A stretch of 64,000 bases of DNA from Sphagnum compactum (taxonomy: Eukaryota). This document shows, piece by piece, positions 37,331-50,854 of this stretch. The notes beneath the pieces were generated by a model, which saw only the letters and a program-made list of their open reading frames with translations, ran no database searches and had not been told where the DNA came from. Every line of letters starts with the position of its first letter. The stretch's first letter is position 1. Position numbers and translations under genes: made by a program. The stretch covers positions 12,948,213-13,012,212 of the forward strand of contig OZ234493.1 of assembly GCA_965153455.1 (NCBI GenBank). The letters run 5' to 3'.

Positions 37331-37560
37331 GGATCCTCCTCGCATTATATCATCGTTTGTTTCGGAATACTCTGTGCAATAGCGGCCAAGAAACATTTCG
37401 TTCTTTGGTAGCAAACGCAGAGATAGCAGCTCTCATGCACACAGTAGTGCAGTTGTGATTCTGCTGCAAACACACACACACAAACCAGCGCTCGCTCTTC
37501 TTGCCCGTTGTAAGTACCTTTCTCCTAACTTCGCGTGTGCATATGTGGGAGAGACAGAAG

Positions 37561-40500
37561 ATGGATGCGAATTTTCAAAAGAGTGTCGAGAATGAACTGG
37601 CGATACTGGATTATGACGCCGATCTTCATGAGCAAATCGTGCCGGTGCTGTGGGACGGAGATCTTTCTGCAACTTTGCGATTTTGCGAGGCAGGATTGGA
37701 GCAAGTCTTGTTTCCGAGTTCATTTGGTCATGTGCTATCTGCAGCTGCAGCTATTCTCAAATCCAAAGCACCAGATGAGAAACAAAAAGCGCAAATAACA
37801 AAGCTATGTTGCCCTGGTCTTTCAATTGCAATCGACAAATGCTTGAATAGCAATCTCGTTGCAGCATGGAGCGAAGATGTTCACATATGCATTTTCCAAG
37901 CTCTGGTCGGTCTCCGGGAACTGGGAGCCGCGATCTTGTCGCAGTTGCCCAATCCGAACGGGCCGCCCCTGGATGCAGTCTGTTTGCTAGAGATCATGAA
38001 GGCATTGGCCGTCTTTGTCGATGATGAGAACAAGTACCACGAGATGTACAGCGAAAGAGGAGCAGCCGCCTTCAAATCATGGAACGTTCCCTGTCAGACT
38101 GAAGAAGCTGCACTGAAGAAATCGTTTGAGAGAATCCACATGAAGTTGTTGAAATCGATGTTACTCACACCATCGTTTTGGCACAAAGTAGTAGATCATT
38201 TCACCAAGCATCTGGAGCAGGGCGCTCCAGCACCAGCTGTGAGGTATTGTCCTATTGTTCCAGGCTCTTCCGATTCTCCTGAACTACAGCATCTATGCAA
38301 ATGACACATTTTTAGAATAGATCCTGATTATGAGAAGACGAAATCTGCCGGAAGAGCTTTGTTGAGCAAGCCGAAAATAAAAGACTTGATCGCAGCTAAC
38401 TGATTCCTTTTCTAACTGTGCTTTGCTTTCAGGGGGGCAAAGAGGTCTTTATTTCAGTTGTTGGACCAAGACAAGGAGATAATATCTGGCATTATTCAAA
38501 CGATGGGTGCTGTTGTCAGTATGGAGCATGTACAGGAGGCAATGATCTCTCCCCTTGAATGTTTTGCTGCATTTTGTAATTGGGTTGTTATTGCTCACTT
38601 GCTGTTGAACTTTTGTTGCCCACTGCATAACAGATGTCTAAATGAGCCAAAGACAGTTCACAATCTAGAGAAAGCAAATTTGATAACTCTAGGTAGGTCC
38701 TTCTTTCTATCAGATTTGACCACCAAAGAGTTGGACATAGTACAATGAGTGTGTCTGTCACTTGATCTCATTCTGGACTATTGGACAATAGGTCCTTCTC
38801 AGGATTTCTTTTCTTTTGTATGTAAGCAGGTTGGCAAGCTTTTCAGGATGTTGATCAAGGAGAGAAAGCTCTTACAGGAGCACATAGCTGCTCTTTGGGA
38901 TGCTGAGACAGCAAGTGCTGCATTTGAGATGGTAATGCAAGGAGACCCAATCAACAAGTGGGAGTCAGATTTATGCCATTGTATAATGAAACTGTGCAAG
39001 TTATGAGCTCATGTGCTTACATATTGTTGTGGATTTTTGGTTGCAGCTCAGAGTTGATGTGCTTGGTTGTCTTCTAGACACCCCAATGTGCTTGATTCCC
39101 AATCCACAAATTCTTGCTTTTGGGGAGTGGTTGGGCAAACTTCAGGTACTTCTTCAGCAAGATTCCATTTTGTTACAACATCTTGTGGGCTTGAGACTTT
39201 GACAATCTAGTGTTGTCGATTTGGGTTAACTTTGCTATTAGTGTTCAAAACAGGGTATACCTGTTGGTGAAGAATTGAAGATACTGTCCTTGATAAAGAA
39301 GCTTGCTGTAATTGACGAAAAAGGAGTGATGGGACACAGGTATGTATATTCAGAGATTGAAGGTCATTGTGGTCCGTAGTAGGTTCAAAGTTTACATGTG
39401 AATGGTCTTGAGTTCAATGACATGTTTTAAATGTGTACACAAAGATGGATTTCTGAGGGATGGCAACCCCTTTACATTTGTAGCTTGATTGATCATTAGA
39501 TAGTTAACTGAGATGCCAAGACTTTTGGATTTGAGCTTTTCTCCATCCAATTGTCTTATTTCACTTGATTTGGTTGATCTAGAATGGACAGCAGCCATTC
39601 AGCCATTCATTATCCATCACATTTCAACCTTTCCTGCTCAGTTTGTGGCAATTGTGTGATTGGCAGGGTGTTTGAGCTCTACTGGAAGCATTCTGCATCA
39701 TTGCCCATGATGACTATCATGGAAGGATTCAAGGACCTTGTTCAGCACTCCAAGTGTGTGGATGATACATCACATAAGGTAAGTCAGTTGCTCCTGAGTC
39801 TCCGGCACTTCAAACATTAATATTTGGACCTGTTCTTGTCCACTTCTTCTACATTCTCTACCAAATTGCACATCTTCATGCCAGCTTGCTCATTGCAGGA
39901 TGGAGAGCATGAGTTTGACATTATGAAAAATGGGAAAGGAAGATTGATGGAGGATCTTAAGAAGGCAGACACTGGAGGGTCTGTCAATGGTTACACCCTC
40001 AATATGTGTGATTCAGATGTATGTAGACTCTAGACTCCCTTAATAAACTGGAGGTCCTGTTTTTTTCTTCTCTATTATAGGTGTTACTTAACACTTCATA
40101 TACTATTAGAGTTCATAGTCAGAAAAAATCGTATATTTTCACTTCTAGCTGCTCATGTTAACCCTCTTGCACACTAGGTGACACAAAAACTGCACACATT
40201 GTGGCTCTATGCTGCATACTAATGAAACCATTAGGAAGTTCAGGGGTTTTCTATGCCACCCAGGTTGAAAAATGTTCAACTTTGCTCTTTTCCTTACACT
40301 TCTATTGAGCCATGTTTATTTCAGAAGGACAAACTACGGGAACAGGAAAAGTTTGTTTTTATTGAGAAATGCAACAAAAGGCTGCACAAATTCCTGGAGT
40401 ACAGGCTTCCAGTGATGCGCAGTGATATTGGTTGGGAGAGCATGCATCGAGCGGAACTGATTCAAGCTTTGCAGACTGGTGTACAAGGGGACCACTCAGT

Positions 40501-41580
40501 TGCAAGGTGTCTTTGAGTAGTCCTTCCTTTCTCCAATTTCTGTGTTCATTGGTTTTTTACTTTGGAGATGCAATTGATCACCATACTGGATTCAGTTCTT
40601 CCTGCCTTCTTACTTTTAGTGTAAAGTCTGCCCACCATGTTGATGTGGCTTGGCTATGTTTTGTGCAGACTGAAAATGATGGAGGAGCTGGAGTTGAAGA
40701 CCCTGAAGACCTTAAATTGTGAGAGCATTTCTCACTTGCAGATTGATAAGAAGCTTATTGAACTGAGCATGCAACAAAAGATACTCTTCTCTGAGCTTAA
40801 CGACAGACACCATAGAGAAAAGATGCAGGTACCATTCATTATCTTGAGTAGATTTGAGTAGATTGTCAGGTTTTTGCTTGAGTTTGGTTTGCACAAGCAT
40901 ATTCAGGTATCTGCTGCTGATGTGAATGAATTACATCCAAAGCTATGCGAACCAAACCATTTGCAAGCCTCAATATAATCCAGGTTTGAATGGCCATGAC
41001 ATTTTTCATGCAGTTCTTTGAAGACTGTCAAACAGACAGGGAGAACATTGTGAAGGAGGTTTTGTACAAGAAAGCCAGGGTGTTGGCATGTGTGGAGGAG
41101 GGAAAGAAACCCATAGATGAATCACTATCAAAGTACTTACGCACAGCTATTGGCCTTCTGAAGGAGGTATTTCACACATTCTAGTTTGTCCCTTTCCCAC
41201 CTTGGCAACCATGTGTGACTTTCGCATCTTCTCTATATCCTACCACTTATCCCTCATTCTGATCATTTTCCTCTGGATATTTGAGTTCTGGGATAGTGTG
41301 CTCACCAGCAGGTGGTCTAAACGTATTGCAGGAGAAGGAAAAGCAGAGGTTACTACTCCAAAAGTTGGAAGAAGCCAAGGAGAATATGCCCAGCTCCCAG
41401 TGTTCAGTGTGCATGCTTGGATGGACTACTCGAATACGAGCATGTTTGCACCCATGCGGCCATGCGAGTGTATGTTTCCCTTGTGCAGAATACTGGTGGA
41501 GGAGTAAAGGACGATGTCCAATATGCAACTCACACCTCTCTGCAAAGCCAGTAATGCTTCCCCATCAGTTGTTCATCTGA
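37561..41580 (+). CDS. ~683-aa protein: USP9/USP24 (Fat facets)-like N-terminal helical region, coiled coil, C-terminal C3HC4 RING finger (copy 1)
   Basis: Exons 37561-38243, 38433-38538, 38830-38931, 39047-39145, 39254-39339, 39667-39778, 39899-40018, 40325-40506, 40669-40828, 41014-41166, 41332-41580 sum to 2052 nt in one open frame. RING: CSVCMLGWTTRIRACLHPCGHASVCFPCAEYWWRSKGRCPIC. Alternative in-frame ATG at 37543. Exon structure is mirrored in copy 2. Confidence 0.8.
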
Positions 41581-44445
41581 GAGTGATCAACAGTACTGAT
41601 GGATAGAAGTCTGTAGAAGTGAGTTGGAGGTTCAAGATGTAGGCTCCTGTGAATGGATTGTGTGTCATATCTGATACAGGACCTGGGAGACTCAAGCAGG
41701 TGTCCAAGTCAGCAGTACTAGGGGGGCATATGTGTATAGTGTATACCACACTGTGTCATCATGACTTGCAGGAGTTTTACTTGACTTGGGGCAGAGGGTC
41801 TACATCACCAATAATGGAGGCTAAAGCAAATTTTGCTGGATGCTATAGAAAAACCACTTACCTGATTACATACAGAATATCAGACAGGTATTTTCCCAGC
41901 ATTCAGTACAGCTTATCCTGAAGTTCACTGAAGGAACCAGGAGCTGCAGTTTCTTCTGCTGGTGCATCTACTATGATCAAACTGATATGCAATTACTACT
42001 CTTGATTGACAATATACGGGCTGAGGGAGATTCTGGAGACAGGGAGTATGACAACAAAGCAGCACATGGGTGTCAAGTCTTCTTGTGAGGCTGGACATGG
42101 AATGTTGTTGGAAGTGGAGTTCCTAGATTTCATGTTTTTGGTCTTGCAGCCAACAGGATTTTGCAGGAACCAATTGCATGCATCTCTACAATTCATTGTA
42201 TCTCTCACCCTTGTTTAGTCTCTGGTGGTATGATTATCCAGCACTCTACAGAAGTGTATGTATTAGATTTGGCATGTGGAAGATCTGATGAATCAGTTCT
42301 GGGGTTTGATCCTTGGTGGGTTGCAGGGTGATTCAAAAGTTGGGAAAGGAGCACAAAAGAGAGAACTGCTGTTGGAAGTTGATGAAGTCACCAGCAAATG
42401 TTAAGGTAATTAGCCACCACTACAAATCCAATTTCTTTTGTCCAGTTTGAGTCTATTGCAACAATCATTTAGCAGAGGTGGGGGGAACCTTTGAGGAAGT
42501 CTTGTTGTTGTTGTTGGATCCAGATGGAAAGTCCCAATTCTCAAGTTCCATGTCTTTGCATTTGTTACATACGTTGGGTATCATGGATCCTTATATACTA
42601 GCTCTGTATAAGTCATGACTCATGACCCAAACCTCAATGGGCATTCCCAAAATGGCAAGGATGAGGAAGTAGTAAAATCTAGCACCGCATGTTGTCAATT
42701 CAAATGTCCCTCACCTGTTGGCTTTGCCCATTGTGAAGTGAGGGGAAGTTACCAGTTTCAAATGTTATGAACATAAATACTTCAATTGGGTTAATGCAAA
42801 AAATCAACTAAACTCGAGAAGAAATTGGGGACAATTAAGAAGGTTAGTAAACAAGGAAATCAAATAAATGAGACCATTAGGGAACTTAGTAAAAAGCTTG
42901 GGAAAAGGAAATTGGAAGGTCAATTGATCACAAATTCAGAAATAACCAGTCTAAGGGTTGGGGTCGAACTATGATTATTGTGTTCAACCAAATGCCCTTG
43001 GGTGCAATAATGCAAAGCCTTCAAGGTTGTGGGCAATATGTGACAATTCAAAAAAAAAGCTCAACAATTTGTCACACAAACAACAAGCTTAATGTACAAA
43101 ATCTCACAATTTTCTTAAAGAATATGAAGCAAGTACCATAAAAAGTTATATAAGGAACATATTTTGGAAACACTCCATGATTTTAACTTTTCAACTTTGG
43201 AGTCACTATTGAATCACCCCAAGTTTGTCAAATGATATCGATGGTTAAAAATTTCCTTGTGGACTAATTTAACAACACATTAATAGAAACCCAAGGCACA
43301 TTTTTTAGCATGTAACCCAAAAAAAAAAAAGTGTGTGAGAACTTAAATTAAATTTACTTTTGACCTTAGCTATTGACATGACTCATCTAAAACCTATAAC
43401 ATTACACCCTAAACCCTAAACTTGGGCTTTTTTATCACAAATATTCAAGCCTAATGAAAGGTTTTGTTCATCAAAGTACAAGTGTGATGTTAAAGTTTTG
43501 CTAAACTTCAATCCTAATGTACACAATTGCAGTTTGTGAATGGGGTCATGATTTCTTGTGTTGTTTGGCATTGTTAACCAACGTTTTGATATGCAATTCA
43601 AAACACTCTATGAAGGAATCATATACTAGTTACAAAACCTCTTACTTAACATTGGTGTCAACCATCTCTCTCCAATTCCTATATACTTGTGATAATCTTG
43701 GAGTAAATCTTGTGTGCTAGTACATTGAAAAAACGATTATGTTTCATAATATGTATCCACGGTAGAATAATATGTAATATAGTCTTCCAAACTAGAAGAT
43801 TACGTGTTAGAAAATGGTTGGGACATGTTTTGTTTTCACATTCCCATGTTCCAATGACATTCTCTTTTGATGGTCCCATGGCAATCTCTTGTTGTTCCCA
43901 TGTAGTTCCCCATGGTCATTTCATGGTAGGTCATTTCAATTTTGCCAAAGATATATGATTTACACAATAGAGGGAGGTGCTCCAATCAAGGTGTAATGTT
44001 TGGGAACCTAAAGGGCAAAACCCAAGGTCCAAGGAAGAGTGGGAAATTATGCCTCGTAAAGTGACTCAAGCTTGGCAAGCCGAGTATTCCATCCATCCGT
44101 AATCATCCCTCATGAAAATCTTGATGTTCTAATTGGCTCTCAGGTGGCAAGTTACAACCCCTAGTAGTTTTTGACCTCCATTTCATTAATGACCTACCAG
44201 TTACCACAAGGTACCACCCTCGGCTCTCATTGGTCGAATGACTTTTGTAACCCTTGGCCACTTGGATGAAAATTTCGTATTCGCTATTTACATGGATGAA
44301 AAGGATGGCATCTTGATTCTCATGAGGGATGGTAGTGTCCAAAGCTAAGGTATCAATTTCTTGTAACCAATGACTTTGAGCCCCTCACCTAGTCCATAAT
44401 ACATACTATAAACTACGGCCCTAACTATGAAGATTTCGACTATGC

Positions 44446-45170
44446 GTGTTTGGATGAAGATTTTGTAACCGGTTTTTTCATGGATGAAAAGCAGGGCATC
44501 TCAACCCTAAAACCCTAAAAAAACCCATTCTCACAAGGGATGGTTTATATCCGGTAACCGGCTTCAGGGTGTTTGGATGAAGATCTTGTAACTGTTTTTT
44601 GCACGGATGAAAAGGAGGGCGTCTCAACCCTAAAACCCTAAACCCATTCTCACAAGGGATGGTTTATATCCGGGTAACCGGCTTGAGGGTGTTTGGATGA
44701 AGTTTTGTAACTGTTTTTTTGCATGGATGAAAAGGAGGGCATCTCAACCCTAAAACCCTAAACCCATTCTCACAAGGGATGGTTTATATCCGGGTAACTG
44801 GCTCGAGGGTGTTTGGATGAAGAGTTTGTAACTGTTTATTGCATGGATGAAAAGAAGGGCATCTCAAACCCTAAAACCCTAAGCCCATTGTCACAAGGGA
44901 TGGGTTATATCCAGTAACGGGCTTGAGGGTGTTTGGATGAAGATTTTGTAACTGTTTTTTGCACGGATGAAAAGGAGGGCATCTTAACCCTAAAACCGTA
45001 AACCCATTCTCACAAGGGATGGTTTATATCCGGTAACCGGCTTGAGGGTATTTGGATGAAGATTTTGTAACTGTTTTTTGCATGGATGAAAAGAAGGACA
45101 TCTCAACCCTAAAACCCTAAGCCCATTCTCACAAGGGATGGTTTATGTTCCGGTAACCGGCTTGAGGTTG
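44446..45170. repeat. ~120-bp tandem array, 6 units, each with an AACCCTAAAACCCTAA telomere-like core
   Basis: Units start G(T/G)GTGTTTGGATGAAG at ~44446, 44567, 44687, 44807, 44927 and 45046. An inverted GGTTACCGGAAATA / TATTTCCGGTAACC pair follows (45173-45210). A single diverged relative lies at ~44260-44410. Confidence 0.92.
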
Positions 45171-46026
45171 TTGGTTACCGGAAATACCTTGGGCACTATT
45201 TCCGGTAACCAACTACCTCTCGCCGGTTACCTAGTCCATAATACATACTGTAGAATACGACCGTAACTACGCTACTGTACGACGTTCCTACGGAGCGTAG
45301 GGCTCTAGTGCTTTTCACTTTTGCGCTGGGCGGCTGCTCGGAGGGTCGAAGCTCCGAAACCCGCACTTCACAAGCCATTGAAAAGCGAGCCGGATTCAAT
45401 TAAGTTAACTCTTTGCAGTAGCTGCTGAAGTGCTCGAACTTCATAATCTCATCTTCATCATCTTCTTGTTCTTTTTCTCGGCTGAGCAACAACAACAACA
45501 ACAAGACCCTGACCGCCGCTCCTCACTCGAACAGGAATAGCGATGAGGAATTCGTGAAGTCGGAACAGATCAACAAACCTTCGCAAAGACTGACTTACAT
45601 CTTGAGGTCTGAATTCTTTCCTACTGTCCTACGTAGCCCCTGCATTGTTCTTTTCACCGGTGACAAAGATAGTTTTGCGAGACCAGGACGATCTTCTTCT
45701 TTTTCGATAATAGAATTTGCACAGTGCCATGATGATGACCTTGTTTGTGGTATTGTTAGATGCGGAATTTAGAGCTTGAAATCGAATAAGAATTTCCTTT
45801 CGTAATCTTCGTACTCGTTTTCTTTCTCGATTATGAAGCTAGACTGGCGATCTCCGAGATTAGGATCTTGGATCGATCGTTACAGAATATGTTCCTTTGT
45901 GTTCTAGTCTGTGCAATAGCGAGCAAGAAATATGTTGTTGCTTATGCGGTTTTTTTTGGTAGCAGATGATTGCAGGGATAGAGCTCTCATGAATGGAGAC
46001 AGTGTAGTTGCTATTCTGCACACATC

Positions 46027-49000
46027 ATGCGTGGGAGATCCGAGACGCCGATGGATGGAAGCTCCCGGAAGCGTGTAAAAATGGAACAGGACATTCAGGA
46101 TCCCGATGCTGATCTCCAAGCGCAAACAATGCCCGTGCTGGCGCGGTCCGACGACGGAGACCTTTCTGCTGCGTTGCGATTTTGCCATGCAGAGTTGCAG
46201 GAGGAAGGAGTCTCGTTTCCGAGTTCGTTTGGTCGTATGCTGTCTGCAGCTGCAGCGATGGTGAAATCGAAAGCCGCAAATGAGAAACAAAAAGCTCACT
46301 TATCAAAGTTGTGTTGTCCTGGTCTTTCCATTGCGATGGACAAAGTCTTGAACAGCGATGTCCTCGCCGCATGGAACGAAGACGTTCATGCATGTATTTT
46401 CGAATCACTGGTTGGTCTCCGGAAATTGGGGTCGGCAATCTTGTCGCAGCTGCCGAGTCCCTACCCTCCGCCGCTGGATGCAGTCTGTTTGCTAGAGATC
46501 ATGAAGGCATTGGCCGTCTTTGTCGACGATGAGAACAAATATCACGAGATGTTCAGCGCCGGAAGAGGTGGCACTGGTGCGGCATATAAACCATGGAAAG
46601 CTCCGTCTCAGACTGAAGAAGTTGCTCTGAAGAAATCATTTGAGAAAATCCACAGGAAGTTGTTGAAATCAATGTTACTCACACCGTCCTTTTGGTCCCA
46701 AGGAGTGACCCATTTTGTCAGGCATCTGGAACAGGGTGAGCCAGCACCAGCTGTGAGGTAGGTATTGTCTGAGACTCCTCCAATTTATATCTGGATAAGA
46801 GCAGTCTATGCACCTTGATGAAACATGTTTGAGCATTTTCTTCTGTACTATATGCAGTGGATTTCTTCAGCCATGATCATGACACTGAGCTGAGGAAAAA
46901 AAAAATTTGCCAAAAGAAATTTGTTTCAGAGCAACCCAAAAACACATGTGGTCAGATGAGCTAACTGTTTCCTTTCTGACTGTGCTTTCTTTCAGGGGAG
47001 CAAGGAGGTCTTTATTTCAATTGCTTGAACAAGACAAGAATATAATATCCAGCATCATTCAAATGATCAGTGATGCTGTCAGTATGGAGCATGTACAGGA
47101 GGCAATGATCTCTCCCCCTGAATGTTTTGTTGCATTCTTCAAGGGATTATTATTGCTCACTGGGTGTCGAGCTTTGTTGCCCACTGCATGCTAAATGTGT
47201 TTGATTGAGCCTAGAGAAATATTCACAATCTCGAAAGAAAGCTAATTTGGTAGTCCTCTAGAAAGTTTCTTTGTTTCTCTCAGGTGTTACCAAAGAATCA
47301 GGCTTATTGCAATTAGTCAGGCTTGCAAAGAGTACTAGGGTTCTGCCATTCGATTCTTTATTCACAGAATCCAGTTAGGTCACATCCTGGACTATTTTGA
47401 CACCTTTTTCATGATTCACATTGTGTTTTGTATGACTTTGCAGGTTGGTAGATTTTTCAGGATCTTGATCAAGGAGAGTAAGCTATTGGAGGAGCATGTT
47501 ACTGCTCTTTGGGATGCTGAAGAAGCAAGTACTGCATTTGAGATGGTAATGCAAGATGACCCAATGAAAGGATCAATTCTACACCATTGAATATGTAATG
47601 CAAGGTTGTGAGTGCATGTGCTTATATTGTTATGTGATTTTGGCTGCAGCTCAGAGTTGATATACTTTGTTGTCTTCTAGACACTGAATGGTCAATTCCA
47701 GATGATTCTGAATGCTCAATTCTTGAATTTGCGGAGTGGGTGGACAACCTTCAGGTGATTGAGCAAAACTCAAATTTTTTAAGTACATCTCCCTCTTGAG
47801 AGTGCAACAGTGTTGTCAGTGCCTGTTAACTTTGCTCTCATGAAACAGGGTATACCTGTTGGTGAAGAATTGAAGATACTGTCATTGATAAAGAAGCTGG
47901 CTATAATTGACAAAACGGGTGTGATGGGACAAAGCAGGTATGTGTATTCAGAGATTGTATGACATTTTGCTCAGTAGTTGAAAAGCTTATCTTCGAAATG
48001 GACTTGAATAATTTGATGAGATGCTTTAGATGTACACAAAGATGAATTTCTCAGGGGAGATTCCTCTGAAGGTATCTTAGGGGTTCACATGCTAGTACCT
48101 TAAGGTTTTTAGCCTGTATTTGCATTACATAGTCAACAGAGATGCAAAGAATTTTGGATTTGAGTTTCTCTCCATCCAATTGTCTTAATCCTCTTGTTTT
48201 GATTGATCTAGAATGAAAAGCAGCCATTCTCTTTTGCATCCAGCTTTTGTCGTACATCAGATTTTGAGCTTTTCTGCTCAGTTTGTGGCAGTTGTGTGAT
48301 TGGCAGGGTGTTTCAGCTTTGCTGGAAGCATTCTGTCTCATTGCCAATGACAACTATCATGGAAGGATTCAAAGAGATTTTTCAGCACTGCAAGTCTATG
48401 GATGATACATTGCACAAGGTCAGTTGCTTATGATCTCTGGCACCACATATATTTTACTCAGGCCTGTTCTCATCCACTTTTTCTGCATTCTGTATCAAAT
48501 TGCACATCATCATGCCATCTTGCTCATTGCAGGATGGAGAGCTTGAGTTTGACATTATGAAAAATGGCGAAGGAAGTGTGATGGAGATTCTTAAGAAGGC
48601 AGACACTGGAGGGTCTGTTAACAGTTACACTCTGAATATGTGTGAGACAGATGTATGTACTCCCTTAATTGTTGTAGGGTGTTTTCCATGCAATAAACTG
48701 GAGTTTCTGATTTTTTCTTCTCTACTATAGGTGTCAGTTAAAACATTTAGTACAGTATTAGAATTCTTGGTAAAAAAGAATTGTGGGTTTCACCTTTGCC
48801 TCTAGCAGCTCATGTTGACCCTGTTCCTTGCCAAGTTGAGCAAAACCACTCATGTGGCTCTGTGGCCCAGTACTTTAAGTGAAACCCCCGGGAAGTTCAG
48901 GGGCTTTCAGGGGCTTTCTATGCCACTTGTTGTTGGTAGGTTGGAAAGTGTTTCCTCTTTCCTTATAATTTTATTGTTCAAATTATGCTTGTTTCAGAAG

Positions 49001-50150
49001 GACAAACTGTGGGAGGAGGAAAAAAATGTCTTTTTTGAGAAATGCAACAAAAGGCTGAACAAATTCCTAGAGTACAGGCTTCCAGTGACCCGCAGTGATA
49101 TTGGTTGGGAGAGCCTGCATCGAGCAAAACTGGTTCAGGCTTTGCAGACTGGTGTACAAGCAGACCTCTCAGCTGCAAGGTGTCTTGAGCATACCTTCCT
49201 TTGTCAGTTTTCTTAAATCTTTGGACATTCAATTGATCATCGAACTGGATTTAGTGCTTATTGCCTGTTTACTTTATGAATCAGGACACTTCAGTGAGCC
49301 TGATGGGTCCCTGGCAATGTTGACGGGGCATTGTTGTCTTTTGTGCAGACTGGAAGTCATGGAGAAGCTTGAGTTGAAGACCTTGAACACTTTAAATTGT
49401 GAGAGCATTTCTCACTTGCAGGTTGATAACAAGCTTAATGAGCTGAGCAAGCAACAAAAGATACTATTTTCTGAGCTAAATGACAAACAACATAGAGAAA
49501 TGATGCAGGTATCACTTGTCATTTTGAGTTATTTGTTTGGGTTTTGCTTGAGTTTTGTTTGTACATACATATTTTCATATCTGCTGCCCATGTGAATACA
49601 TTGCATCCAGAGCTGAGAGAACCAGATCATTCTGCAAGCCTCTACATAATCCAGGTATCAATGGGCATGCCATTGAATATGCAGTTCTTTGAAGACTGCC
49701 AGATGAACAGGGAGAACATTGTGAAAGAGGTTTTGTATAAGAAAGCCAGGGTGCTGGCATGTGTGGAGGAGGGAAAGAAACCTGTAGATGAATCACTATC
49801 AAAGTATTTACACACAGCTGTTGGCCTTCTGAAGGAGGTATGTGACATATTCTAGTTTGGCCCTTTCCCACCCTTGGCAAGCAGTTGTCTTCAGAATCTC
49901 TTTTTAAGATTGTTCTGTTTATCCCCCCATTCTGATCATTTGCCTCTAGATGTTTGAGTTTTTGAAATCATGCTCATTAACAGTTGGTCTGAACATATTA
50001 CAGGACAAGGAAAAGCAGAAAATACTACTTCAAAAGTTGGAAGAGGCCAACGAGTGTATGTTATCCTTGTGCAGAATATTGGTGGAGGAGGAAGAGACGA
50101 TGTCCAATATGCAATTCACCCCTCTCTACAAAGCCAATAATGCTTCCTAA
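46027..50150 (+). CDS. Paralog (copy 2) of the USP9/24-like-N-terminus protein; RING destroyed by a frameshifting deletion in the last exon
   Basis: All 11 exons are colinear with copy 1, with conserved splice sites and only frame-preserving indels in exons 1-10. The last exon (from 50004) lacks the 86 nt equivalent to 41379-41464 and ends ...EEANECMLSLCRIL...NNAS* at 50150. Confidence 0.72.
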
Positions 50151-50854
50151 TCAGTTGTTCATCTGAGACTAATCTGCAGTACTGACAGGTGGAAGTCTGC
50201 AGAATGTGAGTTGAAGTCTTAAGACACAGGCTCTTGTGAACCAGTCATATGGCACATCTGGAACAGGACCTGGGACACTCATGCACACATCCAAGTCAGC
50301 AGAACTAGGGGAGGATATGCATGTGTATACCATCGTACCTTGTCCTGATAACTTGCAATGATTTGTGGAAAGGATCTACATCACCAATAATGGGGGCTAC
50401 AGCATGTGCCGGATGAACTACTGGTTACCTGATTTACCTTCAGAGCATGACTGATGTTCCAGCATTTAGTGTGGCTCATCTTGAAATGCACCAAAGGAGG
50501 TAGGAGCTGCAGTTCCTTCTCCTGGTGCTTGGACTAAGTTTGGACTGATATGTGATAATTACTAGTCTGGATTTTCAATATGAGGATCAAGTCCTCTCAT
50601 GAGGATGAACATCTAATGGTGTCAGAAATGTATTTCTAAGATATCATATGTTTTGGGGTTGCAGCTTAACATGATGCTGCTGCGGCCATTGACAGATTTG
50701 ATTGCGTACGTGTCTCTATGATTCTTTTGTCATGTCTCTCATCTTTGTTTAGCTTCTAGTGTAGTATTATCCATCAATCTGGGGGAGCATGTGTATTGAT
50801 TTTGGCATGTGGAAAATGTTAGAAATTGGACTGTTGGACTGTTGCTACCAACAC

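Larger units (their letters stand above)
36170..50815 (+). repeat. Tandem segmental duplication: ~36170-42290 and ~45310-50815
   Basis: Colinear upstream region, 11 exons, introns and ~700 bp of 3' flank. Homology ends at TTGGCATGTGGAA (~42280 and ~50813). Confidence 0.9.

Noticed and set aside
42560-42930. Possible zf-GRF-like fragment (…KCYEHKYFNWVN…)
   Set aside because: Too short and degenerate to call.
44446-45170. Regular array that could be taken for a CRISPR locus
   Set aside because: Whole 120-bp units repeat with no unique spacers, there are no cas genes, and the context is eukaryotic.
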